Shown here: piece after piece, positions 1-11,000 of the stretch
How positions within the stretch are numbered: position 1 is the stretch's first letter
How the letters are laid out: each line of letters begins with the position of its first letter
Source: a virus
Virus record (IMG/VR): IMGVR_UViG_3300009593_002680
Length of the DNA stretch: 64,000 nucleotides
Strand: one strand, 5' to 3'
Made by a program: the position numbers and the translations under genes
The notes under the pieces: generated by a model
What the model was told of the DNA's origin: nothing
Seen by the model: only the letters and a program-made list of their open reading frames with translations
Databases searched by the model: none

Positions 1-2
1 AT

Positions 3-347
3 AAACTACTAACGGCGGCATCTAATAACTATATTTGGCTAAACAGTGAAGTTGATTATAGAATACAGTTTATGCAAGATGTGTTGTTAATGCAATATGC
101 ATTAGAAAAAATGGATATGCCTTATTTGTTTACTAGTATGTCTCAACATAGTCATAGCAAATTTTTAATTTGCCAAACTGACTATGAAATACTATTGAAA
201 GATAGATTAGATATGAGCAAGTGGACTAAAAGACCACTAACACATATTGTAAGTAATGATACTAGTGCTGATGGTCATCCAAATGAACAAGGGCATAAAA
301 AGATTGGTGCTGAATTAATGAGGGAGTTTAGAAGAGTAAATGGATAA
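3..347 (+). CDS. 5'-truncated SGNH/GDSL-like hypothetical protein
   Basis: Frame is open from the window start; C-terminal DGHPNEQGH resembles the DxHPN motif of paralogs at 58038-59596. Confidence 0.55.
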   Translation, partial: KLLTAASNNYIWLNSEVDYRIQFMQDVLLMQYALEKMDMPYLFTSMSQHSHSKFLICQTDYEILLKDRLDMSKWTKRPLTHIVSNDTSADGHPNEQGHKKIGAELMREFRRVNG

Positions 348-1722
348 TATAGAGAACTACACAGAAGAAATACAAGAAATGTACTTAAATTTCTTGGTAA
401 CTGATCCTGAACTATTTGTTAGAGTAAACAATATTGTTGAACCTTATATGTTTAACAAAAGGTTTCAAGATACAATCAAATTTTTAAAACAGCATAGTGA
501 AGAATATAGTGCTATTCCAACTATTGACCAAATTAAAGCAACAACAAATGTAGAATTAGAACGTATAGAAGGATTAACATCTAATCATTCAGATTGGTTC
601 TTAGATAGTTTTGAAAGATTTTGCAGACACAAAGCATTAGAAAAAGCAATACTTGATAGTACAGACTTATTAGAGAAAGCAGACTATGGAGCAGTAGAGA
701 AAAAAATTAAAGATGCAAGTCAAGTTAGTCTTGTAAAAGATTTAGGATTAGAGTATTTTGAGAATCCAAAAGAACGTTTACAATATATTAAAAGCCAAGC
801 AGGTGCAGTTAGTACAGGTTGGAAAATGTTTGACCAAAAACTTTATGGTGGGCTGAATAGAGGAGAGATTACAATCTTTGCTGGTGGTTCTGGTGCAGGT
901 AAAAGTTTATTCTTACAAAACTTAGGTGTTAATTGGAGTTTAGCAGGACTTAATGTAGTTTACATTAGTTTAGAATTAAGTGAACAATTAATTAGTATGC
1001 GTCTTGATGCTATGGTAAGTGAATATAGCACAAAAGAAATTATGAGAAATATGGACGATGTAGATTTAAAAGTTCGTATGAAAGGAAAAGGTGCAGGTAA
1101 GTTTAGAGTAAAACAAATGAGCAGTGGAGTAACTGCAAATGATATTAGAGCATTTGTTAGAGAGTATGAAATAAACACAGATGTAAAAGTAGATTGTATT
1201 TTAGTTGACTACTTAGACTTAATGAGTCCTATTAGTGCTAAAGTAAGTCCAGGTGATTTGTTTATTAAAGACAAGTATGTATCTGAAGAGTTGCGTAATT
1301 TAGCAATGGAATCTCAGACATTATTTGTTACAGCATCACAGTTGAATAGAGGTGCAGTAGAAGAAATAGAATTTGACCACCATCATATTGCAGGTGGTAT
1401 TAGTAAAATACAAACAGCAGATAATGTTGTAGGTATTTTTACAAGTAATGCTATGAGAGAACGTGGAAGATATCAAATACAGTTTATGAAAACACGTTCT
1501 AGTAGTGGTGTTGGTAGTAAAGTAGACTTAAAATTTAATCCTGATACACTTAGAGTAGAGGATTTAGATGAAGATGACGAAGATACACTAACAATGACAT
1601 CTGGAAACTTAATTGACCAACTAAAAAGATCCAATAGTATTAAGGCAGACGAGCCAGAAGCACAAAAAACTATCAGTACTGCATTGAACATGCAGGAGTT
1701 CATGAAGAAAAATGACCTTTAA
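340..1722 (+). CDS. DnaB-like replicative helicase (T4 gp41-like)
   Basis: Walker A GGSGAGKS, Walker B ILVDYLD, TASQLNR, ADNVVGI and KTRSS motifs. Confidence 0.92.
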   Translation: MDNIENYTEEIQEMYLNFLVTDPELFVRVNNIVEPYMFNKRFQDTIKFLKQHSEEYSAIPTIDQIKATTNVELERIEGLTSNHSDWFLDSFERFCRHKALEKAILDSTDLLEKADYGAVEKKIKDASQVSLVKDLGLEYFENPKERLQYIKSQAGAVSTGWKMFDQKLYGGLNRGEITIFAGGSGAGKSLFLQNLGVNWSLAGLNVVYISLELSEQLISMRLDAMVSEYSTKEIMRNMDDVDLKVRMKGKGAGKFRVKQMSSGVTANDIRAFVREYEINTDVKVDCILVDYLDLMSPISAKVSPGDLFIKDKYVSEELRNLAMESQTLFVTASQLNRGAVEEIEFDHHHIAGGISKIQTADNVVGIFTSNAMRERGRYQIQFMKTRSSSGVGSKVDLKFNPDTLRVEDLDEDDEDTLTMTSGNLIDQLKRSNSIKADEPEAQKTISTALNMQEFMKKNDL

Positions 1723-1724
1723 AT

Positions 1725-1732
1725 GATAAATA
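1725..1732 (+). promoter_or_regulatory. T4-late-like promoter box GATAAATA
   Basis: Recurrent NATAAATA box in intergenic gap, with SD-like ATAGGA before ATG 1755. Confidence 0.7.
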
Positions 1733-1754
1733 TGCATATAAGATAGGAAATAAT

Positions 1755-2021
1755 ATGTCTATGAGAAAATCGAGGAGCATTTTAGAAGAGTTAAACTCTA
1801 TCAGTGTTGATAGAAGTCGTCATCATGTTCTCGAAAATAGAGTACAACATTTAGTTAGTAGTGCTGAAAACATTAAAGCAATTCTACGTGAATCTTATAG
1901 TCCAGAAGAAGCATTGGACTTAGAACGTAGACTAATAAACTCAATTAAATCAGGTGATTCTAAAAAATTCTCTCGTGGCATAAAGAAAGTTGTTGCGGAG
2001 AGCGAATCAAATGAGAGTTAA
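1755..2021 (+). CDS. Hypothetical phage protein
   Basis: ORF with promoter and RBS. Confidence 0.75.
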   Translation: MSMRKSRSILEELNSISVDRSRHHVLENRVQHLVSSAENIKAILRESYSPEEALDLERRLINSIKSGDSKKFSRGIKKVVAESESNES

Positions 2022-3261
2022 GGACATTATAGAAGCACCAGGTGACGGTAGAGGTAGAGCGGCAGGTTCTGCCAAAACACAATACAAAAAAGATGGTACT
2101 CCCGGAGCAGGCAGAGTAGCAAGATCCAATAACCAATTTAGAAGTGTACCAAAAGGCACTAACGATCCTAGAGGATCTGACAATCCTATGAATCCTTTAG
2201 GTGATCCAGGTAAGCAAAACCAAGCGGGTCAAGACACTAAATTTAAAAGAGCAGACCAACAAATTAATCAAAAATTTGGAAACGATGATTCATTAGCAGG
2301 TGGTTCTAGTAGAATAGCACAATTCAAAAAAGACAAAGAAGAAAAAGCAAGAATGCAAAAATCACAGACCAAAGGTGATATTGGCAGATTTGCAGATGAC
2401 CGTGCTTTATGGAAACCTGGTAAAGTTATACAACACCCAAATGGTTTAATGTATCAACTATTAGGTAAAAAAGAAGGTTGGATAGAAGTAACAGGACCTA
2501 CAGTAAATAAAAAAACAGGAGTAATAACAAAACCTGAATTGGCAAAACCAACTCCAGGCGGAAAAGCGGCTCCTATGGATAGTCAGTTAGGTAAAGACCT
2601 TAACACATTATTAAAAGATCCAAAAGCAAATATTGACCAAACTATAGGTTCTAAAATTAAAGGTGCATTACAAAAAGGCGTTGCAGGTGCGGCGGCTAAA
2701 GCAGGAATGAGCAATTTAGCATCTAAAACAAGATCCGATCCAGATGCAAGTGCGGCACAAAAAGTTGGTGCTACAGTAGGTGCTGGTATTGGTAGAGCAA
2801 TGGCAAACGTATTAAGAAGACCTAAAGGACAACCTGCACCAGATAAAAAACAAATGTCAAATGTTGGTAAATTAGACATGAAAGCATTTCAATCTAGGAT
2901 AATGAAGTCTCAAGACCCAGCAGAAAAATTGGCACTTGCAACAGATATGCTTGATAAAATTGCTGTACAAAAATCAAGAAACATAAGTGTAGAACCATAT
3001 TTAGATAGTTTAGGTCCTATGTTAAAAGCAAGTGGTTTACAAAAAACTAATGCACAAGAATACCAAGCACTTGTTACAAAAGCAAGAGGCATGAGAGAGG
3101 CGGCATTTAATTACTTTAACAAGTTAATAGAAACAGTAGGAATAACTTGGGAGCAATTAGGTTATAAAGTAGTACTTTCAGAAAACAAAGGTGATGACAT
3201 TATTTTAATTCCTACAAAAGACATCGAATTACAACAACTTAAATCATTAGCAGGAGTTTAA
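2011..3261 (+). CDS. Probable virion internal-head protein
   Basis: Likely start ATG 2011 (MRVKDIIEA) after GGAG; K/G/A-rich; ends LKSLAGV. Confidence 0.6.
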   Translation: MRVKDIIEAPGDGRGRAAGSAKTQYKKDGTPGAGRVARSNNQFRSVPKGTNDPRGSDNPMNPLGDPGKQNQAGQDTKFKRADQQINQKFGNDDSLAGGSSRIAQFKKDKEEKARMQKSQTKGDIGRFADDRALWKPGKVIQHPNGLMYQLLGKKEGWIEVTGPTVNKKTGVITKPELAKPTPGGKAAPMDSQLGKDLNTLLKDPKANIDQTIGSKIKGALQKGVAGAAAKAGMSNLASKTRSDPDASAAQKVGATVGAGIGRAMANVLRRPKGQPAPDKKQMSNVGKLDMKAFQSRIMKSQDPAEKLALATDMLDKIAVQKSRNISVEPYLDSLGPMLKASGLQKTNAQEYQALVTKARGMREAAFNYFNKLIETVGITWEQLGYKVVLSENKGDDIILIPTKDIELQQLKSLAGV

Positions 3262-3262
3262 T

Positions 3263-4537
3263 ATGCGAGTTCAAGAGTTCACTAAACCTCTTGTTACTCG
3301 GTTGCTAACTGAAAGTGCCGTTGTAGAAGCAGAAGGCAAAAACACCCACTTAGAACATTTGGAAGATAACATATTCAACAAAGGATATGATGGAGCCAAA
3401 GAAGCAGTAAACTATTTGTACAGTCTACATGAAATGTTAGACGGCAGTACAAACTCACCAGTATCAATGACAACAAAATGGGATGGTGCTCCAGCCATTG
3501 TAGCAGGTAAAGATCCTGAAACAGGTAAATTTTTTGTAGGTACTAAAGGAGTATTTGCACAAAAACCTAAAATTAATTTTACTGAGAAAGACATAGAAGC
3601 AAATCATCCAGGAGAAGGGTTACAAGACAAATTAAAATTAGCATTGATGACATTAAAAAAACTTAAATGGAATACAGTTGCACAAGGTGATTTTTTATTT
3701 GCAAAAGATACATTAAGTATGGATGATATAGACGGTGAAAATTATTTAACTTTTACACCTAATACTTTAACTTATGCAGTACCTTCACAAACACAATTAG
3801 CATCAGATATTGTAAAAAGCGATATTGGTATTGTATGGCATACAGAATATGTAGGCGGCCCTACACTAGCAGACACTACAGCAAAGTTTGGCTTTGATAG
3901 TAGTGTGTTAGGAACAGCACCGGGTGTTTGGCATAGAGATGCAATTATTAAAGACCTAAGTGGTACAGTAACATTTACAGCAGGTGAAAGTGCAGATATA
4001 ATGCAGGCTATTAGTATTGCAAATGATTATTTAAAAAGTATAGACGGTGAAACATTTGCATGGTTACAACAAGGAACAGATTTAATAGGTAAAAACTTTT
4101 TACTACAACTTAAAGCACATGTAAACAATGCCATTAGAGCAGGTGGATTTGAACAAGATCCAAATAAGTTTGCACAAGACTTTATACAAAAGTATGTAGA
4201 CTTTATGACTAAAGAAATAGACAAAGTAAAAACACAAAAAACTATAGATGCTAAAACAGACTTAATGGTTAAGGGAGTTGCATTTATTAGGCAACACTTA
4301 CAAGGAATAATTAGTGTATATGATTTATACTTAAAAATAATAGAAGCAAAAGTTAAAATAGTAAGAAAACTAGAACAAATAAGAGTAATGGATACATTTG
4401 TACAATCAGATGATGGTTTTGAAGTTACTGGAGAAGAAGGTTTTGTTGCTGTAGACAGAATGGGTAATGCTTTAAAAATAGTAGATAGATTAGAGTTTAG
4501 TAGATTAAACTTTGATACAGGAAAACCAGCAACATGA
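3263..4537 (+). CDS. Conserved T4-like/jumbo phage protein (DUF6267-like) with KWDG motif
   Basis: EGKNTHLEHLED, TTKWDGAPAIVAG, FVGTKGVF and EGFVAVD motifs recalled from this phage family. Confidence 0.6.
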   Translation: MRVQEFTKPLVTRLLTESAVVEAEGKNTHLEHLEDNIFNKGYDGAKEAVNYLYSLHEMLDGSTNSPVSMTTKWDGAPAIVAGKDPETGKFFVGTKGVFAQKPKINFTEKDIEANHPGEGLQDKLKLALMTLKKLKWNTVAQGDFLFAKDTLSMDDIDGENYLTFTPNTLTYAVPSQTQLASDIVKSDIGIVWHTEYVGGPTLADTTAKFGFDSSVLGTAPGVWHRDAIIKDLSGTVTFTAGESADIMQAISIANDYLKSIDGETFAWLQQGTDLIGKNFLLQLKAHVNNAIRAGGFEQDPNKFAQDFIQKYVDFMTKEIDKVKTQKTIDAKTDLMVKGVAFIRQHLQGIISVYDLYLKIIEAKVKIVRKLEQIRVMDTFVQSDDGFEVTGEEGFVAVDRMGNALKIVDRLEFSRLNFDTGKPAT

Positions 4538-5604
4538 ACATACCAACAGATGTAGAAAATTTTATAGGTAGACTTAATCCAATGGAAGTTGGAGTAGATA
4601 CTGTTGGCGATTATGTTATACATTATGAAGGCTTTAGTGATGAATGCAATGATGGATATGATGATGAACAAATACATCAAATTTATAAAGATGTTTATAA
4701 AGACTTCGATGAACGTTCAAATGCAAAACCAATAAAACGTGGTCATACATATGATGAATTAGGTGTTGACCATAATCCTGTGTTGTATAGCATTTATAAA
4801 AAAGAAGATGTTAAAGAAAGTAAGTTTTTACTTATTGATGAAGATTTAAGCGAAAGTAGACTGTTTAGATTTACTATGAGTTTCCAAAGATTAACTGGCA
4901 GAGATGTTTGCGACTTATTATATGCAGAAACACTTGCAACATATATGTTTGCATTAGATGAAAAACAACAAGATTATGGAACTGCATACGCAAGAAAAAC
5001 AACACAATATGGTCCTTATTCAGTATTTAGAACTAGTGCAACGGATATATACATGCTGGCTTTTGCTATTAATCAACCTGATTACAAGTCATTAAAGTTA
5101 GATCCTAAGGATAGAAGAATGTTAAACAACCTTAGTTTTAACAATAGACAGCACTATATGTTTATGAACAAAATTGCTAGATATACACCTAGTAGAAGTG
5201 ATGCTAGTTCGTACTTAATTAGATTAGAAGCACAATTAAAAATGAGTATGTCTAGACATGGTGCTCTCTTTAAGCAATTTAGAAGATTAATTTTAGATTG
5301 GCCAGATTTAAAATACAGTCAAAAGCAGTATGTTATTGCAAAACTAATGCAAATAATTAGATTAAAAGGTAAAGGTACAGAAATATTCCCACATTTGGTT
5401 GCAATGAAAACTAGTAGAAGATATGATAATGTTAAACCAGCAAAACCAACAAGCAATTTGAAAAGAGCCGCCGCTACAGTTGGTGGTGCTTATGTTGGTA
5501 GCAAGTTAGTTCCTAAACTTACTAAGAATAAATTAGGAAGTAAAACTGGTGCTGGTATAGGAGCCATTGCAGGTTATTGGGCAAGTGGACGTAAAAAAGT
5601 ATAA
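4534..5604 (+). CDS. Hypothetical phage protein
   Basis: 356-aa ORF overlapping the previous stop; G/A-rich C-terminus. Confidence 0.75.
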   Translation: MNIPTDVENFIGRLNPMEVGVDTVGDYVIHYEGFSDECNDGYDDEQIHQIYKDVYKDFDERSNAKPIKRGHTYDELGVDHNPVLYSIYKKEDVKESKFLLIDEDLSESRLFRFTMSFQRLTGRDVCDLLYAETLATYMFALDEKQQDYGTAYARKTTQYGPYSVFRTSATDIYMLAFAINQPDYKSLKLDPKDRRMLNNLSFNNRQHYMFMNKIARYTPSRSDASSYLIRLEAQLKMSMSRHGALFKQFRRLILDWPDLKYSQKQYVIAKLMQIIRLKGKGTEIFPHLVAMKTSRRYDNVKPAKPTSNLKRAAATVGGAYVGSKLVPKLTKNKLGSKTGAGIGAIAGYWASGRKKV

Positions 5605-5607
5605 ATA
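5600..5607 (+). promoter_or_regulatory. Late promoter box TATAAATA (predicted leaderless)
   Basis: 5 nt before ATG 5613. Confidence 0.7.
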
Positions 5608-5612
5608 CAGTT

Positions 5613-6158
5613 ATGAGAATCAACGAAGTTTTAAATAGTAAAAATTATATCACAGAAGAAGACACTATGACTTTGGCTGATGTACAAGTTATGTATGGCG
5701 ATGATCCTGAAATGATGGCGGCTATACAAAAAGCAAAGATGTTACCAAAAATTAAAACTTGGGACCAAGCAATAGATAAAGCAAGTGCTGATATGCGTAG
5801 AAATGCTAACAAAGGTCAGCAAGCCGCACCAGATAGAAAATTTGCATCTAACAGTAGAGCAAAAGGATGGGACGATGAAACTCATGGTCATTTAAGAAAA
5901 GCAAAAGCAAAAGCCGCCGCAAAAGCACAAAAACCTATGTCAGGTGATGGCGAAACAGGTGAAATTAATAGAGCCGCTGGCACTTTCATGAAGTCTGTTG
6001 GCGATGCTATGGATACAATAAAACACGGTTCAATGGGAGACATCAATACTGCTGTAGACAGAGGAAAACACGTAGGTAAAGACGGCATGGAACTGTGGAA
6101 TGTAACGGCAAAAACAAAACGTTCTAAAGACAGAGGCGGAAACTTCGGCTCTAGATAA
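5613..6158 (+). CDS. Probable virion internal protein
   Basis: N-terminus MRINEVL...ITEE. Confidence 0.55.
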   Translation: MRINEVLNSKNYITEEDTMTLADVQVMYGDDPEMMAAIQKAKMLPKIKTWDQAIDKASADMRRNANKGQQAAPDRKFASNSRAKGWDDETHGHLRKAKAKAAAKAQKPMSGDGETGEINRAAGTFMKSVGDAMDTIKHGSMGDINTAVDRGKHVGKDGMELWNVTAKTKRSKDRGGNFGSR

Positions 6159-6195
6159 TCAATCAAAAACATATTTTATTAACTCTATTTTATTC

Positions 6196-6203
6196 GATAA
6201 ATA
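6196..6203 (+). promoter_or_regulatory. Late promoter box GATAAATA
   Basis: Followed by a leader hairpin and AGGAG before ATG 6238. Confidence 0.75.
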
Positions 6204-6237
6204 ACATTATAGTAAAACTATAGTGTAGGAGAATAGC

Positions 6238-6561
6238 ATGGCACTTACAAGAGTAAATGGTGGTGTTGAAGAAGGACAATTACTTGTTGGTTCTTTAACT
6301 CATTTAATTATAGACGAAGTTGATGGTACAGATAATATCAGTAACTTCGGATTTACAAGTGGTAACCCTGATCCGGGTGAAAAAGTTGTGCAGGCAATTT
6401 CTGTACATTGTACACCAGTTCTCATTAATTCTGCAAACGCAAGAGTAATGTATATTGGTGTTGAAGGTTCACCTAATACAACTGCAATGGCGGCGTCTAT
6501 TAATAGTGTTTTATCTCACAATAACGCAACTGTTACAGCAGGAAGTTACATTGTAGCATAA
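6238..6561 (+). CDS. Small probable structural protein
   Basis: Own promoter, strong SD and terminator; beta-rich composition. Confidence 0.6.
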   Translation: MALTRVNGGVEEGQLLVGSLTHLIIDEVDGTDNISNFGFTSGNPDPGEKVVQAISVHCTPVLINSANARVMYIGVEGSPNTTAMAASINSVLSHNNATVTAGSYIVA

Positions 6562-6577
6562 GTTTAATTTAAAACTG

Positions 6578-6607
6578 AAAAAGCACACCTCGAGTGTGCT
6601 TTTTTTT
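6578..6607 (+). terminator. Rho-independent terminator
   Basis: AAAAAGCACAC-CTCGA-GTGTGCTTTTTTTT. Confidence 0.9.
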
Positions 6608-6615
6608 GATAAATA
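6608..6615 (+). promoter_or_regulatory. Late promoter box GATAAATA
   Basis: Abuts the terminator; AGGAG before ATG 6646. Confidence 0.75.
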
Positions 6616-6645
6616 ACTGCAACTATATATAATTAGGAGAATAAA

Positions 6646-7017
6646 ATGGCTCAAACTAAAGTAGCACCAACTTTCGTAGATGAAGATACATTCTTTATTG
6701 GGAAAAAAGTAACATTAATAGAAATTACTTATGCGGCGGCGGTTAATGCCAAAACAGGACCTTTATCAGCAATTCAGGCAACTCATGAAGCAATTATGGG
6801 AGCAGGTTTTAATATTTTAGGTTATGGCGCATTAACAGATACAAATACAGTATCAGCAATGATGATTGAAGGCGAATATGGAACAGATACATATGATGGA
6901 TCTAATTCAGAAACAATAGCGGCTCACTTAGAAGATGTTGTACAAGCATTAGGCACAGTAGACGGAATTAACCTCGGTGGCACAGCAATCGCGGCTAAAG
7001 CCTTTGCATTAGCATAA
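6646..7017 (+). CDS. Small probable structural protein
   Basis: Own promoter, SD and terminator. Confidence 0.6.
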   Translation: MAQTKVAPTFVDEDTFFIGKKVTLIEITYAAAVNAKTGPLSAIQATHEAIMGAGFNILGYGALTDTNTVSAMMIEGEYGTDTYDGSNSETIAAHLEDVVQALGTVDGINLGGTAIAAKAFALA

Positions 7018-7035
7018 ACTAATTTTAGATAATTT

Positions 7036-7068
7036 AAAAATCCTCGACTTTGTTCGGGGATTTTTTTT
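7036..7068 (+). terminator. Rho-independent terminator
   Basis: AAAAATCCTCGA-CTTTGT-TCGGGGATTTTTTTT. Confidence 0.88.
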
Positions 7069-7090
7069 GACTACATGTTCTGACAAAAGT

Positions 7091-7098
7091 GATAAATA
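7091..7098 (+). promoter_or_regulatory. Late promoter box GATAAATA
   Basis: AGGAG before ATG 7120. Confidence 0.75.
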
Positions 7099-7119
7099 CA
7101 AGTTATACAGGAGACACAC

Positions 7120-7524
7120 ATGAGTTTGAATAGAAAAGGAGCGATGGGCTCCGTAGAAGTACTAACAGGTAACATAGAATTTTTTACTTTGTTTACTACT
7201 TTGGATATAACAGTAACAGGTGATTATAACGATAGTAGTCAAAAAGACTTCGAGAGTGTAGTTCAATGTATAGGATTAAGAGCGATGCCAACAGTAATGA
7301 ATAACCCAGTAGCATTAAACGGTAGTGGTTCAAATGTTTTAGAAAATTATGGTGCACCAACTTTAACTGGTTCAGGATATATTTTTAAATTTGCCACAGA
7401 GATACCTGGTGCTCATAGTGTAGATACATTAAAAGATGAACTAAATGGAATTGTATTGAACGCAGGAGTTATAGATACCAAGAGTACTGTTAATATGGAA
7501 TTTACTAAACAGGATCTATTATAA
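7120..7524 (+). CDS. Small probable structural protein
   Basis: Own promoter and SD; conserved-looking FKFATE motif. Confidence 0.6.
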   Translation: MSLNRKGAMGSVEVLTGNIEFFTLFTTLDITVTGDYNDSSQKDFESVVQCIGLRAMPTVMNNPVALNGSGSNVLENYGAPTLTGSGYIFKFATEIPGAHSVDTLKDELNGIVLNAGVIDTKSTVNMEFTKQDLL

Positions 7525-7790
7525 TGAAAAAATCAGAACAGCAAGGAAAATTAGACCAACAGTTAGAACAAAACAAACAAGTTTATGCTGAGTCTAATAA
7601 TTTAGAAGCACACATTATTGCTGACATGTTGCGTATTGAAAGCATTACGACAGAGTTAAGAGAGTTTAAAGAAGATACAAAACACAGATTAAACAAAATA
7701 GAGAATTGGCTAGTTGCAATAGTAGGAACATCATTTACAACACTTATTGCAATAGTAGTTGGTTTACTAGTAAACCTATTTGGAAGTTAA
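7524..7790 (+). CDS. Coiled-coil protein with C-terminal transmembrane helix
   Basis: Heptad-like region followed by WLVAIVGTSFTTLIAIVVGLLV. Confidence 0.65.
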   Translation: MKKSEQQGKLDQQLEQNKQVYAESNNLEAHIIADMLRIESITTELREFKEDTKHRLNKIENWLVAIVGTSFTTLIAIVVGLLVNLFGS

Positions 7791-7791
7791 T

Positions 7792-8091
7792 ATGAGATTA
7801 GACGAAATAGTTAATGAAGAAGAAATTTTTGAAGCCCGAATGGTTTGGCGTAAAATGGGTAAGAAAATTAAACGTGCTGTAAGGTGTACAACCGGCAGAC
7901 GTAAAGGTAGAGTTGTGAGTAACCCAGCACAATGTTCTGCTCCCATTAATATGAAAAAACGTATGGTATTAAAAAGAACAAAAGCAAAAATGGGTAAACG
8001 TCTTAGCAGAAAAGCAAACAGAACTAAAAGACTTAATCCAGCAAGTAGACGTTTAAGACAGTTAAACAGAAGTACTAGAGCCAGAAGATAA
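7792..8091 (+). CDS. Highly basic phage protein
   Basis: Likely start MRLDEI at 7792; K/R-rich with two cysteines (RC...QC). Confidence 0.65.
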   Translation: MRLDEIVNEEEIFEARMVWRKMGKKIKRAVRCTTGRRKGRVVSNPAQCSAPINMKKRMVLKRTKAKMGKRLSRKANRTKRLNPASRRLRQLNRSTRARR

Positions 8092-11000
8092 TGAAGTTTA
8101 AAGATGTTAAAACATTAGAAAGCATATTACTGGAATACGGAATGAAGTCTGGTTCCAGCACACCAACTGCTCAACAGCAGACTGGTTCAAATGCAAAAGC
8201 AAACAAAACTAAAAGTCCAACAACATCTAACACACCTAAAAAAGCAGACCAAGGCAGTCCAACTGTAGGCGATAAAAATGCACCAGAGCCTATAGAGCCA
8301 CAACAACAATCAGCAAAAGATATTGAAAAAGATGCAGTAATTGTAGGAAAAGATAATAAAAACAAAAAAGTTGTATCACCCGTAGGTCAAGGAAACTTAC
8401 CAGATGCAATGGTAGTACAAGATGATGATGGCGAGTATGAAGTTATTGACCAAAATGAAAAGGTTGATGCACTATCCCCAGAAGATGCAGAACAAGTAGG
8501 AAAAGATCCTAGTTTACTAGCAAAAGGAAAAGGTGCCTTTGGCGCCGGAGCAGGTGCTGTTGATACAATAGCAAATTTAATGGCATCAAAAGACCCTAAT
8601 GTAAAAGAAGGCAAAATACGAAAACGTATTAATAAAAAAGCACTTAATAAATTAAAGCCTAGAGTAAGACAAGAAAAAGGTAGAGTTAAAAAACTTGCAA
8701 AAATAGGATTAAAAGAAGCACCTGAAAAACTATTCGAAATAAATTTTAGAAACAAGGACGTTATTAACAGTTCACTTGATGCACAAATACGTTGTGGTTG
8801 GGAGGCAGAAACTGTATGGGAAAATATATCAGGACCTAGTGATGATATAGACAACTTAACTCTTAATGAAGTTGATGAACAGTTTGGCGGCGTTGATTGG
8901 GACGGTTTATCAGAAAGTTATACAGAATGGTTGTATGATAACAAAGTAGAAGAATTTATAGATGACCTAATTCAAGAATTCATCAACGAACGTGAAGATG
9001 ACGAAGATTATATCAATGAATTTATAGAAGATGAAGGCATAGAAGAATCAGATTGGGATGATTACAGAGAAGGTGTACTAAGAACTGAATACGGTGATGA
9101 AAGATTTGAAGAAGAAGGTGCTGATGAATTGTCTGAATTGTATGGATATGAAGATGAAAATTGGGCAAGAGAATATGTTGATGAATATAGAGGCAGTGAC
9201 TTTAGAGAATACTTAAGAAACATAGCAGAAGAAGATGATGATATAAAACAAGCGGCATACGAAGAAGCCAGTGAAAATTATGATTATGACGATTATATCA
9301 ATGACACATATTACAGCATGAGTGAATTCTGTGATAATTGGGACATTGATTACAGTAGCGGAGGTAATTTAGAAGAAGTAGCAGACAAATTAGAAGATTG
9401 GATATCCGGCCAGAGTGCTTTCCACGACCATAGACCTGACACAGGTTCATATGGAGATACTAGTGGAGATACTACAGAATATGCTGTTGAAACAGATAGT
9501 AGTATTGATGGATATGGTACTGGTGCTGAAATTATATCACCTGTGTTTAGTACTCCAAGAAGAATGTTAAAAGAAATGGACAAGTTCTTTAAGTTTTTAC
9601 AAGGTGAAGGAGTTGTAACAAATAATAGTACTGGATTACACATTACTATGAGTTACTTTCCACAAGAAGGCGAAACTGTAAGTCATGAAGAAGGTTCAAG
9701 CAACGTAACAGCAAATAAAGTTAAGATGGCTGTATTGCTAGGCGACCAATACTTGTTAAGTCAATGGGGAAGGGACCGCAACACTTATACAAAGAGCCAA
9801 TTAAAAGAATTACAAACAGCAATTCAAAACTTAAAGAGAGAAGGGCGAGGAACAGATGCAATTAAAGAAGCAGAAAAATTTTTAGCAAAACACATCAGTG
9901 AAGATAAGTTCCGCTCAATACATTTTAAAGGTCAAACAGACCAAAAAACAAAAACAAAATTAATAGAATTTAGAATAGGTGGTGGAGAAGACTACCATGA
10001 AGAATTTAAAAAAGTGTTTAGTTCTGTAGTAAGATATGCTACTACAATGATTGCTGGACACACGGATCAATATCAAGGTGATTATGTAAAAGCATTACTT
10101 CGATTAATGAATAACATGGATAAAATAGCAACCAGCGATGAAGAAGAAGTAGAAAATTTAAAAAATCAACATTCAGACTACGCAGGACATCCTATTTTAG
10201 ATACACATAAAGCAATAGTAGGTGCTAAACACTATTTAGATTTTACTCAGAAAATGCTTAATTCAATGGAAGATTTACACAAAGCATCATTGTATCTAGA
10301 TCCAAAAGCAGACAAGAAATGGAAAAAGGAATGGGTAGACTTTTTAAAAGGTACCGGCAGTAATTTGGATGATTATGATAGTAAAATAAGAAAAGCATTA
10401 GACAAGATTCCAGGTAAAAAAATTACAGAAGATAAAGATAGAGAAGACCAGTCTATTAAAGCATATATGCAACCTGAAACAACACCACCTAGTGAAAGAG
10501 CATCTGATAGACGTAAAGACGGTTTACGAAAATTTAGTGAAGCGATGGGTATGGTAGCAGTAGATATTAGTAATAAGACTGCAAGGTCACAACCTAATGC
10601 TAAAAGTATTGGAGCATTGAGAAGTTTCTTAAAAGAGCATGAGATTTCAGATACTGAATTAGACTTAAACATAAGAAATGCTTTAACTGATATAAACTTT
10701 GGCTCTGGTGAAGATACTAAAAACACTCAAAAAGCCAAACTGGAAACACTTAGACATGGTATTAATACTCTTATACAAAGAGATATTATATCTAGACCAG
10801 ATTATGCAACTAGTCCGCAAGTCGAAGCAATGGCTAAAGGTCTTTGGAATGCTTTTAATGATGAAAAATTTGATGATAGAGCAAGAAAAGAATTAATACA
10901 ACTAGTAATTAATATGCGTACAGGTGACCTATCACAAGGTTCTGTGGACGATACAGAAGTTAAAAGAGATGTAGCAATACTTCTTGACCAAGCAAAAGAC

